Assembly (NCBI GenBank): GCA_965153355.1
Contig: OZ231126.1
Coordinates: forward strand, 2,790,001 to 2,854,000
Direction: 5' to 3'
Source: Flaccisagitta enflata
Taxonomy: Eukaryota
Length of the DNA: 64,000 bases
Below are positions 1-17,119 of the stretch, one piece after another. Numbering within the stretch: the stretch's first letter is position 1; every line of letters begins with the position of its first letter. The notes beneath the pieces are model-generated. The model was not told where the DNA came from, did no database searches, and saw only the letters and a list, made by a program, of their open reading frames with translations. The translations under genes were made by a program, and so were the position numbers.

Positions 1-562
1 GTGAAAGGCCTTTCCGATGTATGCTTACCCAGATGATTTCTATGTTGCGTGTGGAAATGATTGTAGTGGCATTAGATTTTAAGTCATTTCGGACATATAT
101 TCCCACACCGCCACCTGTCCCTTTCTTTCTTATCCTGCTGTAAAACTCATAACCATCGATTTTTCCTCCAGAGTTGTTCCTTAGCTGTGTCTCTGTGAGG
201 AGAAAAAGATGTGGTTGGTTTTCATCCAGGATTTCGATAAGGCTTGTTTTCTTTCCTTTAAGGCCTCGGATGTTTGAATACATGACCTTAATTTGATTGG
301 AAAATGTGCCTTTTTTTCCGTTTTTGTGTTTACGGCTGTGGCCAGACTGATTGCCTATAATAGTGGGCATATCTGGTTTATTGTCGGTGTTTATGGAAGT
401 GACACTTTTTTCTCTGGTGCATGTTATCGTGGTAGGTTCTGGCTCATTTGTGAGGGAGGTTGTTTCTGGTTTGTTAATTGTGTGTGTTGGTAAATGGTTG
501 TAATCTTCATTATGGGTATTTATGAGTAAATTGGGATAGGTTGTTGTGTCATTGTGGACCAT
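1..562 (-). CDS. LINE ORF2 N-terminus, apurinic-like endonuclease domain (partial, runs off window)
   Basis: Manual translation of minus strand from ATG 562 is open: MVHNDTTT...QIKVMYSNIRGLKGKK...PHLFLLTETQL...IDGYEFYSR...GGGVGIYVRN...IEIIWVSI; matches APE motifs (NxxG, xET, GGGVxxYV). Confidence 0.9.
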   Translation of the reverse strand, partial: MVHNDTTTYPNLLINTHNEDYNHLPTHTINKPETTSLTNEPEPTTITCTREKSVTSINTDNKPDMPTIIGNQSGHSRKHKNGKKGTFSNQIKVMYSNIRGLKGKKTSLIEILDENQPHLFLLTETQLRNNSGGKIDGYEFYSRIRKKGTGGGVGIYVRNDLKSNATTIISTRNIEIIWVSIHRKGLS

Positions 563-574
563 TTGGATTTCATC

Positions 575-2524
<1,950 letters not shown>

Positions 2525-2682
2525 TTTTTTTAGTTCTTAGTTTTTCCAGTTGAGAAGATTTGGTTGATCCGTTAGGAAATTTGCGGGAGAAGAGATAAAC
2601 TGTTTGCACTCGTAGTTGGTGTTTCCACTTTTTTCTTGTAATTTTCGGCGAAAAAAATAATCCAGAGAGATGTGTTTGTCAC

Positions 2683-2844
2683 GAGGCACTGAGTTCGTAT
2701 GAGGCACTGAGTTCGTATGAGGCACTGAGTTCGTATGAGGCACTGAGTTCGTAGGCACTGAGTTCGTATGAGGCACTGAGTTCGTATGAGGCACTGAGTT
2801 CGTATGAGGCACTGAGTTCGTATGAGGCACTGAGTTCGTATGAG
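2683..2844. repeat. 18-bp tandem repeat (GAGGCACTGAGTTCGTAT) x9 at the LINE 5' end
   Basis: Nine near-identical units, one shortened by 3 bp. Confidence 0.95.
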
Positions 2845-3209
2845 AGAGTCTCCGCTCGGTTTTATGGGCAAAACGGTGATCAAAACTCCAGATCAGGTGA
2901 TCAGATTCTGGGATCAGGGGTCGAGAATCTGCGGCATAAATGTTAGCTTGTTTTTATGTAGCATGTTTTTACATGTTTTCCTTTTCATATATGAAATGCT
3001 GTTAAGTTTTTTTGACTGATGAATAATTTTTTAAACATGAAATTTTATGTCAAAAGATGATAATGATTTTTTGTTTATATATAAATCATACTTGTAACCA
3101 TTAAAATTAATAATGACCATTATTGAAATCTTGTATTCCCCTGTTCAAGAGGGCTGAGCAAAATCTTTTTGGGGCGTTTACACGGAAAATGCCTTTGTCT
3201 TCGACAATC

Positions 3210-3269
<60 letters not shown>

Positions 3270-4849
3270 CCAGAAAGAGAGACAGACAGAATGATACATG
3301 CCGCCTCTCGCTCTTAGAGAGGCCAAATGAGAACCAATCGTCTGGTTATTACGATTAAATGAATGAGTGAACGAATGAATGAACGAATGAGTGAACGAAT
3401 GAATGAATGAATGAATGAATGAATGAATAAATAATTAACCAAAACAATGAATGAAAGGATCAAAAAATAAATGAATGGTTTAACGAATGAATGAATGAAT
3501 GATTGAAGAAATGTGGGAGAGCGTTGGTGCTGAAAGGGATGAAGATTGTTGATGACAGCAACTAGTTCTCTCTTTGTTTTAAAGCGTGACGGAAAGTCGG
3601 ATCATGAATAAGGAGACCGACGGACCGACAAACAGATAAACGTGAACTTCCATACGCGGGTATGCACATAGAAATGAATCCAATGAAACGAAAAGTCGTC
3701 TTGTCTTTTCCGTCGTAACTTTGCGTTGAAAAAAAAAAACCACTAATTTGCATAACGTTGTATACCGTGATAGTTAGGCAGGCAGTCAGGCGCAAAGCAT
3801 CTCGCGCTTTTTCTCTCTCGTGAGACACAATATTCATGGATGTTTACCGAAAACGGGTCACCATACTTTTAAAGAAGGGCAATAAAGGGGGGAATAAGAA
3901 TGGTAAGTAACTTGGCCACCTTTCATGCTTTAAAGTTTAAGATTTTAAACCTAATGACATCCGACTTTGATTAGCAGATAGTGGCGTAGATGGTCAAGCT
4001 GTAGGTAGGGCAATGATGCACTAATTAAAGGGTGGCCGGAGAGCCATCCCACCATTCCTCGAAAGGTTGCGACTCGGGTGAGATGCCGTCAGTTGGCACT
4101 TAGGGGCCTCAAGCGTTATTTGAAAGTTTTCTAATAGGAGGACGATTTCTCTAATCTCAAACCTCATAGACCTCATAGACATAGTAAGAAAAACTCGATA
4201 GGCGGACAGAGCCAGGTGTTGTCGGTGGACGTTCGTTAGCTCGTTCATTCATTCATTCATTCATTCATACATTCATTCATTCATTGCTCAATAATTCTCG
4301 ATACTGTCGGTAATTGATGTATTGGAAACGTGAAGGAAGTACCGAAGTACGTATGGACACTACCTGAGCCTAGAACCAACAGACGAATTGAATGTGGCAA
4401 GATTTGAATCATCTCAAACACAGACCGATTTATTGAATGACAGACAAGCAGACAGACAGAGAGACCATTCAGATGAAAGACACACTCAGTCGCTCGCAGT
4501 TACAAATTGTCATGAAACAACAGACATATTAAAAACAGGAAATAGGCATGCATTAAGAGGACGAAACAAGAACAAAAGTACTGAGTCAGACAAAAAGACA
4601 GACAGATAGACAGACAGACAGATAGAAAGACCAACACGTCGTCACAAACATGGAGAACAATTGGTTGGTTTTGTCACGCTTCATATCAACGGTCGTCTTC
4701 AATTCAGCTTTTGGTAAAAACGAGTAAGCATGATGAATGTTGAGGAAATAGTAACTGTTGGTGGAGACACCTGAAATGGCTTTTCTATTGTCTAGGTCCC
4801 TTTCACTCTCATAATCCCACTCTCTCTATGACTTTTTCTTTCTGATTTT

Positions 4850-5329
<480 letters not shown>

Positions 5330-5389
5330 CACTCACTGGCTCTCTCATTCTTATTGGTCCGTAAGATTTCTTTCACTTCTTTTATTTCT

Positions 5390-5693
5390 TTTTAAGTGCG
5401 TCCTCGCACTTCTATAAGAGGTCATGTCCGTCGGTCGGTCGGTCGGTTGGTCGGTCGGTTGGTCGGTCGGTCGGTCGGTCGGTCACGCAAACGTTTGAGA
5501 TGCGCAAAACGGCTGATTCTGACGTATTTCTTCATTCCTATCACCTTTCATGCCTCACCACATTCATATTCATTTATTCATTCATTCATTCATTCATTCA
5601 TTCATTCATTCATTCATTCATTCATCAAAAACGTTCATTCACAAAATCTTAATCAAGCGAGGCGCACTTATTGGCCTTCACTTGGCCTTGTTT
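5390..5693 (+). mobile_element. HINE/DINE-like non-autonomous Helentron-type element (variant A2)
   Basis: 5' T-run + hairpin AAGTGCGTCCTCGCACTT, (GGTC)n microsatellite, 3' GGCC..GGCCTTGTT hairpin end. Confidence 0.65.
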
Positions 5694-6005
5694 CCTCGAA
5701 TGTTCCGTGACTTTGTTTTGTTCTTTTGTGCTGTGCTGATACCGCATACTCGCATTCCGCATTCCGAGATTTTGCTAGACGTTGACGACAATCTGTAAGC
5801 GTCAATTCATTGAGGAATAAACAATATTATTTACAGATTAACAATTTAACAAATTCTACTCTCCTGTTCCGGTTGGTGACTGTTACAACCTATCAAAAGT
5901 GTACAACGCAAAAGAAAGAAAAGGAAAAAAAAAAAAAACAATCGGCGGTTAAAAAAACTCTTTATGGAGAAAATGAAGTTCAAAGGGGACATTGGCATTG
6001 CAAAA

Positions 6006-6083
6006 ATGCCGCAAAAGATTTTTCTGAGGGGAAACACAAGAATTTCGCTCAATGATCGATTCGCCTATTTGAAACAACAACAG

Positions 6084-6173
<90 letters not shown>

Positions 6174-6773
6174 CCACAACAACCACAACATTTTAACACA
6201 TTCCGTCCTGGCCCCGACATCAAACGGCAGTTTTACAACAACAGCAATAGCACACGGAGAAACAGCACCAGCAACGTCAACATCATCAATGATAACAGAA
6301 ACAACAGCAATAACACCAGTAGAAACAGCACCAGCTACACCAGCAACGTCAACGTCATCAATGATAACAGAAACAAGAACAGGAACTCGCGTGTCGGAAG
6401 CGTGAAAGATCGTCTTACGCTTCCGGTTAAGAAACGACTAGGAGTCCGGCAAAACGTCAAAACCGGAAAAGACAATGCCACAGCAAGAAAAGGCGACGCC
6501 ACAACAAGAAATAACGACGCCACAACAAGAAAAGGCGGCGCCAAAATGGGAAAAGGCAGCGTCAGATTAGGAAAGAGCGGCGTCAAATCAAGAAATAACA
6601 ACGTCAAGATGGGAAATGGCGGCGCCAAAATGGGGAAAGGCGGCGCCGCGAATAACAGGAACATCAACAACAACAGAAAGAACAACAACAACGACAACGA
6701 CAACAACAACAACAACAGGATCCACGCCGGCATCAAGAATGAATTCAAAATAGGACACAAAACCCGGAAATGA
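6006..6773 (+). CDS. CHTOP: CHTOP/Friend-of-PRMT1-like protein (N-terminal motif), intronless, poly-Q and N/K/G-rich; lacks RGG region and C-terminal LDxxLDxYM motif
   Basis: MPQKIFLRGNTRISLNDRF resembles CHTOP N-terminus (PKVVLKSTTKMSLNERF); SVKDRL..VKKRLG resembles SLKQRLG..IQARLG; open frame 5964-6773. Confidence 0.65.
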
Positions 6774-8689
6774 AAATTCAGTAATCCAAAAAAAAAGTGC
6801 GTGCTTATTGTGCTACAGTTCGTGTTCAAGTGAATCGCAAATTCGCAATCGTCCCTCATTTTTATCGTCAGTGTCCTTAACTATTTCAATTACAGTCGCG
6901 AGACCGCGTCCGCGAGTAAAATTATGTTCTTGTTGATGTTCTATGTACATGTATTGCATTATTTTTTAAATTGAGTCATTTGTTTTCTTTAGAACGGGAT
7001 GACCCTGCACTGGCGCTCCTAGTGGTTCTCTCGGCACTGATTATCAAAAGAACACCAAACAAAAGTACATTGGCCTCAGTCAGAGAATCTGAACATGTTA
7101 ATTGGTAGATAGTATCATGACGATGAAGTCTTGACGAAAGATAGAGATAGTTACTGCAATAATTATAACTTCTATGAGAAGAAAGACTTCACAAAATGAC
7201 TATGGCAAGACATAGCGAAATATCGTGCTTGTTTCTTACAATTTAAATGTAAGTGTATTCCCATTTTGTGAAGTCTTTCCGCTCATTGATTACTTCTATG
7301 TTTTCAATTTGAAACATTGTTGATTAAAAAAACACGGCCGGGAATATCGCCGTCAAGGTGGGCAGGAGCAATCATGTAATTTGGCAAAAGCCCTCAAAAG
7401 TCAAAACATGCCCTCAATCAGTCTATGCTTCCGGCATGTCTAACGCCATCAGACTAATATTCTCTCCCCTCGATCTCATTCAACCCCAAGAGTTTCAACG
7501 GAAGAATTCCCCCTTGCAAAATTTACCCGAAATCATTGCTTTATCCAGTCATCATCTTGATTACTCATAACTCATTATCCAATCTGCCTTTTCATGGTAA
7601 AAGCTGCTAATGCTAGCAGTAGTTGTACAGCTAACTTTCGCTCAGACATATTTTTTACCAGCTATTTTGTACGACTGTCATTGCAATTCAAAGAGATGAA
7701 CTGATAACTTTCAAATTCAATGCGTCGAATATTGACCTTATTAACGTTACGGCAGTGAATGGGAGAATCAGTTATTCACAATATCTATTGTTCCTATTAA
7801 GCTAGATTAGAGAAACAAGCTATATTATTTGTTACATATAATTTATCACGTAGGAACCACTTCTTATCTTCTTGATCTTACCCACTAAAAAGATATTCAG
7901 CAACGATATAAAATGAATGAATGAATGAATGAATGAATGAATGAATGAATGAATGAATGAATGAATGAATGAATGAATGAATGAATGATAGAGTGAATAA
8001 GTGGAGAATCATCCATTACACCCCCTCGCAGAATGATATATCAGGAATGAATGAATGAATGAATGAATGAATGAATGAATGGGAGGAAGAAGATCAAAGG
8101 CGGGGGGGGGGGAAGGATAGGATCCAAGGTGATTCAAATGTATACACCCCTGATTAGATGGCATCGTACCGTTCACTTAAAAAGGACGATATGGAATCAT
8201 TATTGTATGTCAGTCATCTGTTGTCTGTTGTCAGATACATTCGTTAGACATTGTAATCCACATCATTGCTGACATATTCATTATAACCTACGTCATCTAT
8301 CATCCTATATATTCAATAGATTTTGTAACCTATGTTGTCTGTTGTCTGATATCTAAGTGATGCCAAAGGGTAGTCATGTCTTCACTCCCTCAAAACCTGG
8401 TCTCTTGTCAGATACTCTTATGGAGACAGCTTCAAAGAAGGGAGCACAGATCATTGAGCATGGGCTGAAAAAAATCAGCTCTCAAGTTGTGAAGGAAGGT
8501 CGTGTCATTCTACTTCAAAATCCCTCTACAAAAGTGTTTCAGTTCAATTAATGAAATACATTGATGTCCACAAGACTCAGAGCAAAGCTCACATGTGTCT
8601 CATTAATGTTTTATGAATAACTTGATAGATATAGAACCTGATTGTAATCTTGCCGACAAACTTTTGTTCTAGATAGTAACCTCTGTCGA

Positions 8690-9740
8690 CTGATATATTC
8701 ATTAGATACTGTATCCTTCGTCATCTGTTGTCTGATATATTTATCAGATATTGTAACCTCAGTTGTCTGTTGTCTGATATATTTATTAGATATGGTATCT
8801 TTGGTCGTCTGTTATCTGATACATGCATTAGATATTGTATCCTTCATCGTCTGTTGTCTGATATATTCATTAGATATTGTAACCTTTGTTGTCTGTTATC
8901 TGATACATGCATTAGATATTGTATCCTTCATCGTCTGTTGTCTGATATATTCATTAGATATTGTAACCTTTGTTGTCTGTTGTCTGATACATGCATTAGA
9001 TATTGTATCCTCCGTCGTCTGTTTTCTGATATATCTGATATATCTGATATATTCATTAGATATTGTAACCTTCGTTGTCTGTTGTCTGATATATTCATTA
9101 GATATTGTATCCTTTGTCGTCTGTTGTCTGATACATGCATTAGATATTGTATCCTCCGTCGTCTGTTGTCTGATATATCTATTAGATATTGTAACCTTCG
9201 TTGTCTGTTGTCTGATATATTCATTAGATATTGTATCCTTCGTCGTCTGTTGTCTGATACATGCATTAGATATTGTATCCTTCATCGTCTGTTGTCTGAT
9301 ACATGCATTAGATATTGTATCCTCCGTTGTCTGTTGTCTGATATATCTGATATATCTGATATATTCATTAGATATTGTATCCTTCGTCGTCTGTTGTCTG
9401 ATATATTCATTAGATATTGTAACCTTTGTCGTCTGTTGTCTGATACATGCATTAGATATTGTATCCTCCGTCGTCTGTTGTCTGATATATCTATTAGATA
9501 TTGTAACCTTTGTCGTCTGTTGTCTGATATATTCATTAGATATTGTAACCTTTGTCGTCTGTTGTCTGATACATGCATTAGATATTGTATCCTCCGTCGT
9601 CTGTTGTCTGATACATGCATTAGATATTGTAACCTTTGTCGTCTGTTGTCTGATATATTCATTAGATATTGTAACCTTTGTCGTCTGTTGTCTGATACAT
9701 GCATTAGATATTGTATCCTTCGTCGTCTGTTGTCTGATAT
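8690..9740. repeat. 42-bp minisatellite, ~25 copies (degenerate copies also ~8210-8350)
   Basis: Unit CTGTTGTCTGATATATTCATTAGATATTGTA(A/T)CCTT(T/C)GTCGT; 14-aa periodicity in ORF track. Confidence 0.95.
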
Positions 9741-9805
9741 CTGCTCCGTCGAGTCTTGTCTCTGCTGCGCGTCTCGGCTGCTGTGGAACGCCGCTTCCGC
9801 TGCGC

Positions 9806-9913
<108 letters not shown>

Positions 9914-10578
9914 TTCAAAATGAGAAAAAGAAAGAAAAAAATTGTGCCCGATATAAAGTTATTTTGCACGCACAGAAAATCCAGCTGACGGAGGAAAAGG
10001 GAAAAGGCGCTAGAAAATTCAAATTGTAAATCTATTTGATTCGTTGGTTGGTTGGTTTATTGGTTGGTTGGTTGGTTGGTTGGTTAGGGGTTTGACTGGA
10101 TTGGTAGGTTAGTCTTTGTTTGTCTGTACGCCTAGATTTGTCGGTCCATCCTTCCATCCGTCCGTACGTAACATTATTAAAGGTCCGCGGCAATATTCAG
10201 TTACCGTTGTTGTTGTCTTATTTGGAGGGGTTTGAGTAGTTTGTGTGTATGAGGGATTGTAGGTAAAACTGGGTATTTTTCTTATTTCTCCAGTCCAACC
10301 GTCCTTTGTAGAGCTTAATTCGAGATGCATGCTGTTAAAGTATTTTTCTCAATACACTCGAAATAAATATTTGCCTAAACAATATTCTTTTCATTTAGTT
10401 TTTTCTTTTTTTTTTTTTCTAAATTTTCAGAAAAGCGCTATGACTTGCCAGCTGGTCATTAACAAACTGGTTGTGTCGAACACCAATTTCAGCTATTTCA
10501 CTCTGACTGACTGTCTGCCTGTTTGTAAGTCTGTCCGTCGAGTTTGTCTGTCTGTCTGTCTGTCTGTCTGCCTGTCTG

Positions 10579-10615
<37 letters not shown>

Positions 10616-11480
10616 CTCTCTCTCATCTAATTGGCGTCGCACTTGATATATATCGGACATTGTAAATGTGAATGTGAAATTGTGAATGCCACTTTAGAAT
10701 TTTACGCTCACAACCGTGAATGATTTAACTGCCTTTTTTATCTCGGCAAAAATGTTTTCCCGGTGAGTCTGTAATTTTTACTAGATTAGGTCTTATCGCA
10801 TTCAGTTATAAATATGTTACTTTTAAAATGTAGTAGGAAAAAAAATTTATTACAGATTAAAAAAGAAATCAGCGCTCGCAGCTCGCTGGTGTTATCTTTC
10901 AAAGATTTTGATTCAACCGAAGGAAATTATGTTTTCCACTGACATCAACAGAGAGATATTCTTTTTTCCAGGGCTGCGTTAGTTCGTTCATAGTATTTTG
11001 AACTAGCCTTTTTTTTCATTTCATTTATAGCCTTCATGTGACTCTATAATCCGTCATGTTGATCTGTCCGTCCGTTGGCCTGTCGGTCGGTCATTCTGAA
11101 ACGCTTTTCTTTTTCTATTCGGGTAATTTTTACATCACTAATCCTGCCCAAATGCTTGATCGGCCTATTTGGCTATTTCATCACCACCCCTGCCCACCAG
11201 CAGGCGACTTGGGGAGCCGCATGTCTTCTATTTATTTCATTGCTTACCAATTCGCTATCAACATCTTTTTCGTGTGCGTAAATCATCTATCACTCATGGA
11301 CAGACTGACTATCTGACTGCTTGACTGACTTTGTTTTTTTGTGTGACGATATCTTATGGCCGGTTTATTTGTTGTATCTGTCCTAACTTTTTATGGCGCT
11401 CGCGTTAACAAAGACTAACAAAGACTAACAAATACTATCATCTCAATCCAACATTCAATTCTAATGAGTGCGTGTGTGAT

Positions 11481-11895
<415 letters not shown>

Positions 11896-12224
11896 GGCGT
11901 AGAGACAGAAAGAGCATGGTAGGGGGATTGGGGTCAAGAAGGGATGGTGGTAAAGGGTGTATGCAATGTTCTTTTTTTTTATGTAGATGGCGTCGTTGCG
12001 GTCGTTGGTGACTGGCGTGAATCACCAGGAAGAAATAGCATAGTCGCAAACGGAACTTAATCGAGGCTTCTGATTGGTTCCCCCGTTTCAAAGGGGACAC
12101 TCAAATCCAGCCTCCTCATTGGCTCCGATGTGAGACATGACGATGCTAAATGTTCCCAGTAATCCACACCTGAACTTTTTGTTTTCTTTTCCTTTTTTGC
12201 CTTTGTATTTTTTTTTTCTTTTTT

Positions 12225-12936
12225 TTTTTTTGCTTTTGCTTTTGCTTTTGCTTTTGTTTTTGTTTTTGTTTTTGTTTTTGACTTTGTCTTTGTCTTTGTC
12301 TTTGTTTTTGTTTTTGTTTTTGTTTTTTTGGTTTTGGTTTGTTCTTGTTTTTGTTTTTGCCACCGCCGCCGCCACCACCACCACCACCACCACCACCACT
12401 ACCACCACCACCACTACCACCACCACCACCACCACCACCACCACCACCACCACCACCACCACCACCACCACCACCACCACCACCACCACCATCACCACCA
12501 CCACCATCGCCACCGCCACCACCACCGCCACCAACAGACAAGGTCATCAGACCACCAATTGATCAGTTTTATTTAGAAACGTTGAGGACGGAGTAATGTC
12601 AAGAGTTTTTAAACGCCAAAAATTCACAGCCGGACATGTGGATAAATGTGAGCGGACGTACGTACGTGCGCATGTGTTGATTGACGTGTGAAGACACGCT
12701 TTTTTTCTCAATATACCTAAAAGCAAAGGTAAACTGAGAGATGCAAACAGTATCGTGAGAAGAGGCCATGCAGAGTTGCTTACGGCTCAAATAGGATGGA
12801 GATATCGACAGATTAAAAGGCAAAAGGAGAGATGGATGGATAATTAGAATTAATACAGAGACGAGCGATACGAAGATAATTGGTTAAAATGATGATAAGG
12901 CAATGGAGGAGTACAAAGATAGATAAATGGATAGAT

Positions 12937-13007
<71 letters not shown>

Positions 13008-13008
13008 C

Positions 13009-13045
<37 letters not shown>

Positions 13046-13046
13046 C

Positions 13047-13115
<69 letters not shown>

Positions 13116-13712
13116 CAGAAGCATGAATAGGAGAATATATACACTGACAGAACGATAGGTAAGTTGATGGATACGTGGAGAGATACAGAGATAGTAAGAG
13201 AGATAGATAGAAAGTGATGAATTCGAATAAAGATTCTATTTCTAAAACCCTGCCTCTTCCCCTGCTTTTCCCCTGCTTTTGCCCCTGCCTCTTCCCCTGC
13301 CTCTTCCCCTGCCTCTACCCCATCTCCTGCCTCTTCCCCTACCTCTTTTCCTGCCTCTGCCCCTGCTTTTTCCCTGCCTCTACCCCCGCCTCTTCCCCCG
13401 CCTCTGCCCCTGCCTCTTCCCCTGCCTCTTTCCCTACCTCTGCCTCTGCCCCTGCCTCTGCCCCTGCCTCTGCCCCTGCCCCTGCCTCTGCCTCTTCCCC
13501 TGCCTCTTCCCCTGCCACTGCTCCTGCCTCTGCCCCTGCCTCTGCCCCTGCCTCTGCCTCTTCCCCTGCCTCTGCCCCTGCTCCTGCCCCTGCTCCTGCC
13601 TCTGCCCCTGCTCCTGCCTCTGCCCCTGCCCCTGCCTTTGCCTCTGCCTCTGCCTCTGCCTCTGCTTCTGCCCCTGCCTCTTCCCCTGCCCCTGCCTCTG
13701 CCCCTGCCCCTC
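12225..13712. repeat. Microsatellite cluster: (TTTTTG)n, (CAC)n, (GATA)n, (CTGCCY)n
   Basis: Direct inspection; explains poly-P/H/G and GR-repeat ORFs. Confidence 0.9.
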
Positions 13713-13817
13713 TCTCTGCCTACCCGCACTTGCCAACATTAGCAATGTTTTAAGCATAATTTTTCCGAGTAGGATTCCAAAGGCCAAACGAGTTCATTAA
13801 AAGGTTTCCAGAGGGTA

Positions 13818-14368
13818 CAGTACGATGGGAGCAAAGACGACCTTGACTGATGGATAGATTTTAGGTATCTTGATTTCATTGATTAAAAAAAAATAGATTT
13901 ATGTTAATCAAAGTTTGCTTTATTGCTTTAATACATTTGCTTCTTTTATCTTTTAACTTGTGACTTGACTTCATCAGGATTTGATTTTTCAATGTTCAAA
14001 CTTAGCTCGTTAATTTTACATAAATCTTTTCAAAAAATCAGCCCAATTGGATCATTTTTACAGGTTTTATGTCAATTTTAAGCTCTACCCAGATATCAAT
14101 TTACATAATTATTCTGTTTAAAAAATAACTGTAAAACCTGTAAAAATAGTCCAATTGAGCCAAATTTTTTTTTTTCAAAATTTTTGTCTAATCTCATGAA
14201 CTGAGTTAGAACTTTTTAAAAATGAAGTCCTGAAGAAGTCAAGTCACAAGTTGAAGAATGAGATAAGCTAATATATTCAAGCAGATAATAATTTTTTGTA
14301 AATCAAATAAAATTAAGATTTCTAAGATCTATCCTCCAGTCTAGGTCGACTTTGCTCCCATCGTACTG
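13818..14368. mobile_element. Tc1/mariner-type foldback MITE, TA TSD
   Basis: TA|CAGTACGATGGGAGCAAAG ... CTTTGCTCCCATCGTACTG|TA; imperfect inverted symmetry over most of its length. Confidence 0.9.
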
Positions 14369-14836
14369 TACCATTGATACAAGTTTGACCATTTATGTTC
14401 CTTCATAAGAGACATTGTCAAAACGTTTGTATTTCATTTGCTTAAAAAGTTTTTTTTTCTTTTTTCTTTTCGAATCTTTTTTTGTTGAGTGTCTGTGTCC
14501 TTGTATGAATCTGTTTAACTTATATATGCGTAAATAGTATGCCCAACGTAATCCATTTGGAAATTACCATTGTCATTTCTTAGAAATTGGAGCTAGGAGT
14601 GGCAGGAAGAGGCAAGAAGGAGGAAGAGGAAAAGGAAGAGGAGGATGAGGAAGAGGAAGAGGAGGATGAGGAAGAGGAGAAAGTGGGCGCCGCTTTTGCA
14701 AACAATCCCACGACCAAAATATTTATTCGTCAGCAAATGAACAATTTTATTCTTAGAAATGAGAAATCAGTTCCTGTTAGCCAGTCTGAAGGCGTCGATC
14801 AAAGGGCATATGCATTTAAAACGCACGCCATTGCTT

Positions 14837-15346
<510 letters not shown>

Positions 15347-15580
15347 TGCCATTGCACACACGGTATTATGTCTAGAATCAAAGCCTGTAGAATTCCAATC
15401 TTAAGGCTCATATCGCAGTGTTTTTTGTTGAAAGACAGAGACATTAACGTGGATTAAAACTGTTTTCAGGTGCGCCAAAGCACCTCTATAACTGACTGTG
15501 TCCGTCTGTCCGTCTGTCTGTTGGTCCGTCGGTAACGCATTCGTTCAGCGATCCACACCTTTCGGCCTTCTTGGCCTTGT

Positions 15581-15799
15581 TTTTAGTCGCGTGCACGCGA
15601 CTCTACAACCCGCTTTGTCCGTCGGTTGGTCGGTCGGTCGGTCGGTCGGTTGGTTGGTTGGTTGGTTGGTCACACTTTACTTTTTTTATGATTTTATATC
15701 TTTGACCTCACTGCTTCTGCTCAAATGGTCTGGTAACCTCAAATATGGCCCCTGCCCACCCGCACGCGACTTTGGTAGCCGTGTATCCGGCCTTGTTTT
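15581..15799 (+). mobile_element. HINE/DINE-like element family A (preceded head-to-tail by variant copy ~15464-15580)
   Basis: TTTTAGTCGCGTGCACGCGACT palindrome, (GGTY)n, subterminal GCACGCGACT, 3' hairpin GCCGTGTATCCGGCC-TTGTT. Confidence 0.8.
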
Positions 15800-16038
15800 C
15801 TTTGTGCGTTGTCAACTTAGAGTTCGCAATTTATGCCATTTCACATCCATTTCAATTCATCAACTCAATTTGGACTGCAATCAATGACCAATGATATGTT
15901 CTTTTTTGTCAATAAAACAGAAATATCGAGCGCTTTTTTGGGGACTTTACTGACGATAGTAATTCCGCGATTTTGTTTCCATTAACTCAATTTTGTCATA
16001 ACATTTCTTGTCATTAAATGTGTCTTTTCATGTTACTT

Positions 16039-16252
16039 GGGACGTGTTTCTACTGGCGTAAACAAATGAGATCATTCCTGTGAAATGCGTTTTCAGCGTG
16101 AACACATATTCATGAATTTTAACCATCCCCCTGAGGGAGAGAGCGAAATAAATGAGCGAGTGGGTTTAGTCAGCGCTGCGAGCGGACAAATGCAGCGACC
16201 GACCGAGTGGCCTGTTAAAAGACGCGATTGTCACGTGTGTAGAAACGCTCCC
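16039..16252. mobile_element. Short TIR MITE family C (also 36794-37061 and ~55360-55637)
   Basis: GGGACGTGTTTCTA...TAGAAACGCTCCC termini; shared interior (GTGTTCACGCTGAAAACGC, GCCACTCGGTCG-like) among three copies. Confidence 0.65.
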
Positions 16253-17119
16253 TTTTATTTATATTGTCTCACTTAACATTATCATCATTTTGCGTCCGAA
16301 ATTTTAATTACTCTCTTTCGATTTGCGGGTGGAGGGTCACAACGACATCGTCCCGCTTTGACTGCTTCTTTTTTTCCTATCTCCCATTTCTTTGTTTTCC
16401 TCCTCTTCTTCTCGTTCTTCTTCACCTTCTTCTTTTTCTTTTTCTTTTTCTTTTTCTTTTTCTTTTTCTTTTTCTTTTTCTTTTTCTTTTTTACATTCTT
16501 CATTGCCACTCACTCGCAATTAACGTCCAGTAGTTTTTAGGACCATCCATCCGTCCGTCCGTCTGTCGGTTGGTTAGTTGGTCGGTCGGTTGGTCCGTGG
16601 TGATCGAGTTGGAAAGTGTGAAAACACGCATTTCCACTCCTGCCCACCCGTCCGCGACTGGTATTGGCCGTGTATCCGTCCGTTTTTCAGATGTTCCCTG
16701 ATGATGGAGTCAAAATGTTTAAAAGCGTTTATTTCTGCCCCCATCCTGTCCATGACGATATTTCAAACCCTATCCAACATTACAGCCCCCCCCCCCCATC
16801 AGCCTCCCTACGGCTTAATTCAGCCCTCTCCGGCTTCAAATTTGTCAAGCCAGCCTCCTTAGATCAGCCTTTGTCAGCGCCTTCTCGATTGAATAAGGCT
16901 TACAACTGTTTCACAATTATTGATACTCTCACACATAAAGCAAAACCATGAAAAAAAAACATCTTTTAGTTAGCCTAGTGAGATAAAATTTATACTGAAG
17001 AGTCTCATTACCTTTGGGCTGCTACAGTAAAAATGTCATGTTACTGCGCCTACTAGAAGTGAGCTTTTCAGCGTTTTACTTGTAATATAAGAGAATCAAA
17101 AAAACTGTGAAACAGGAGT

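Noticed and set aside
7112-7145. Hammerhead-like GATGAAGTCTTGACGAAA
   Set aside because: Core lacks CUGA, and no compatible stem I/III with a UH cleavage site is visible.
12884-13729. GR-repeat ORF as the missing RGG exon of the CHTOP-like gene
   Set aside because: Opposite strand, and simply a hexamer microsatellite open in many frames.
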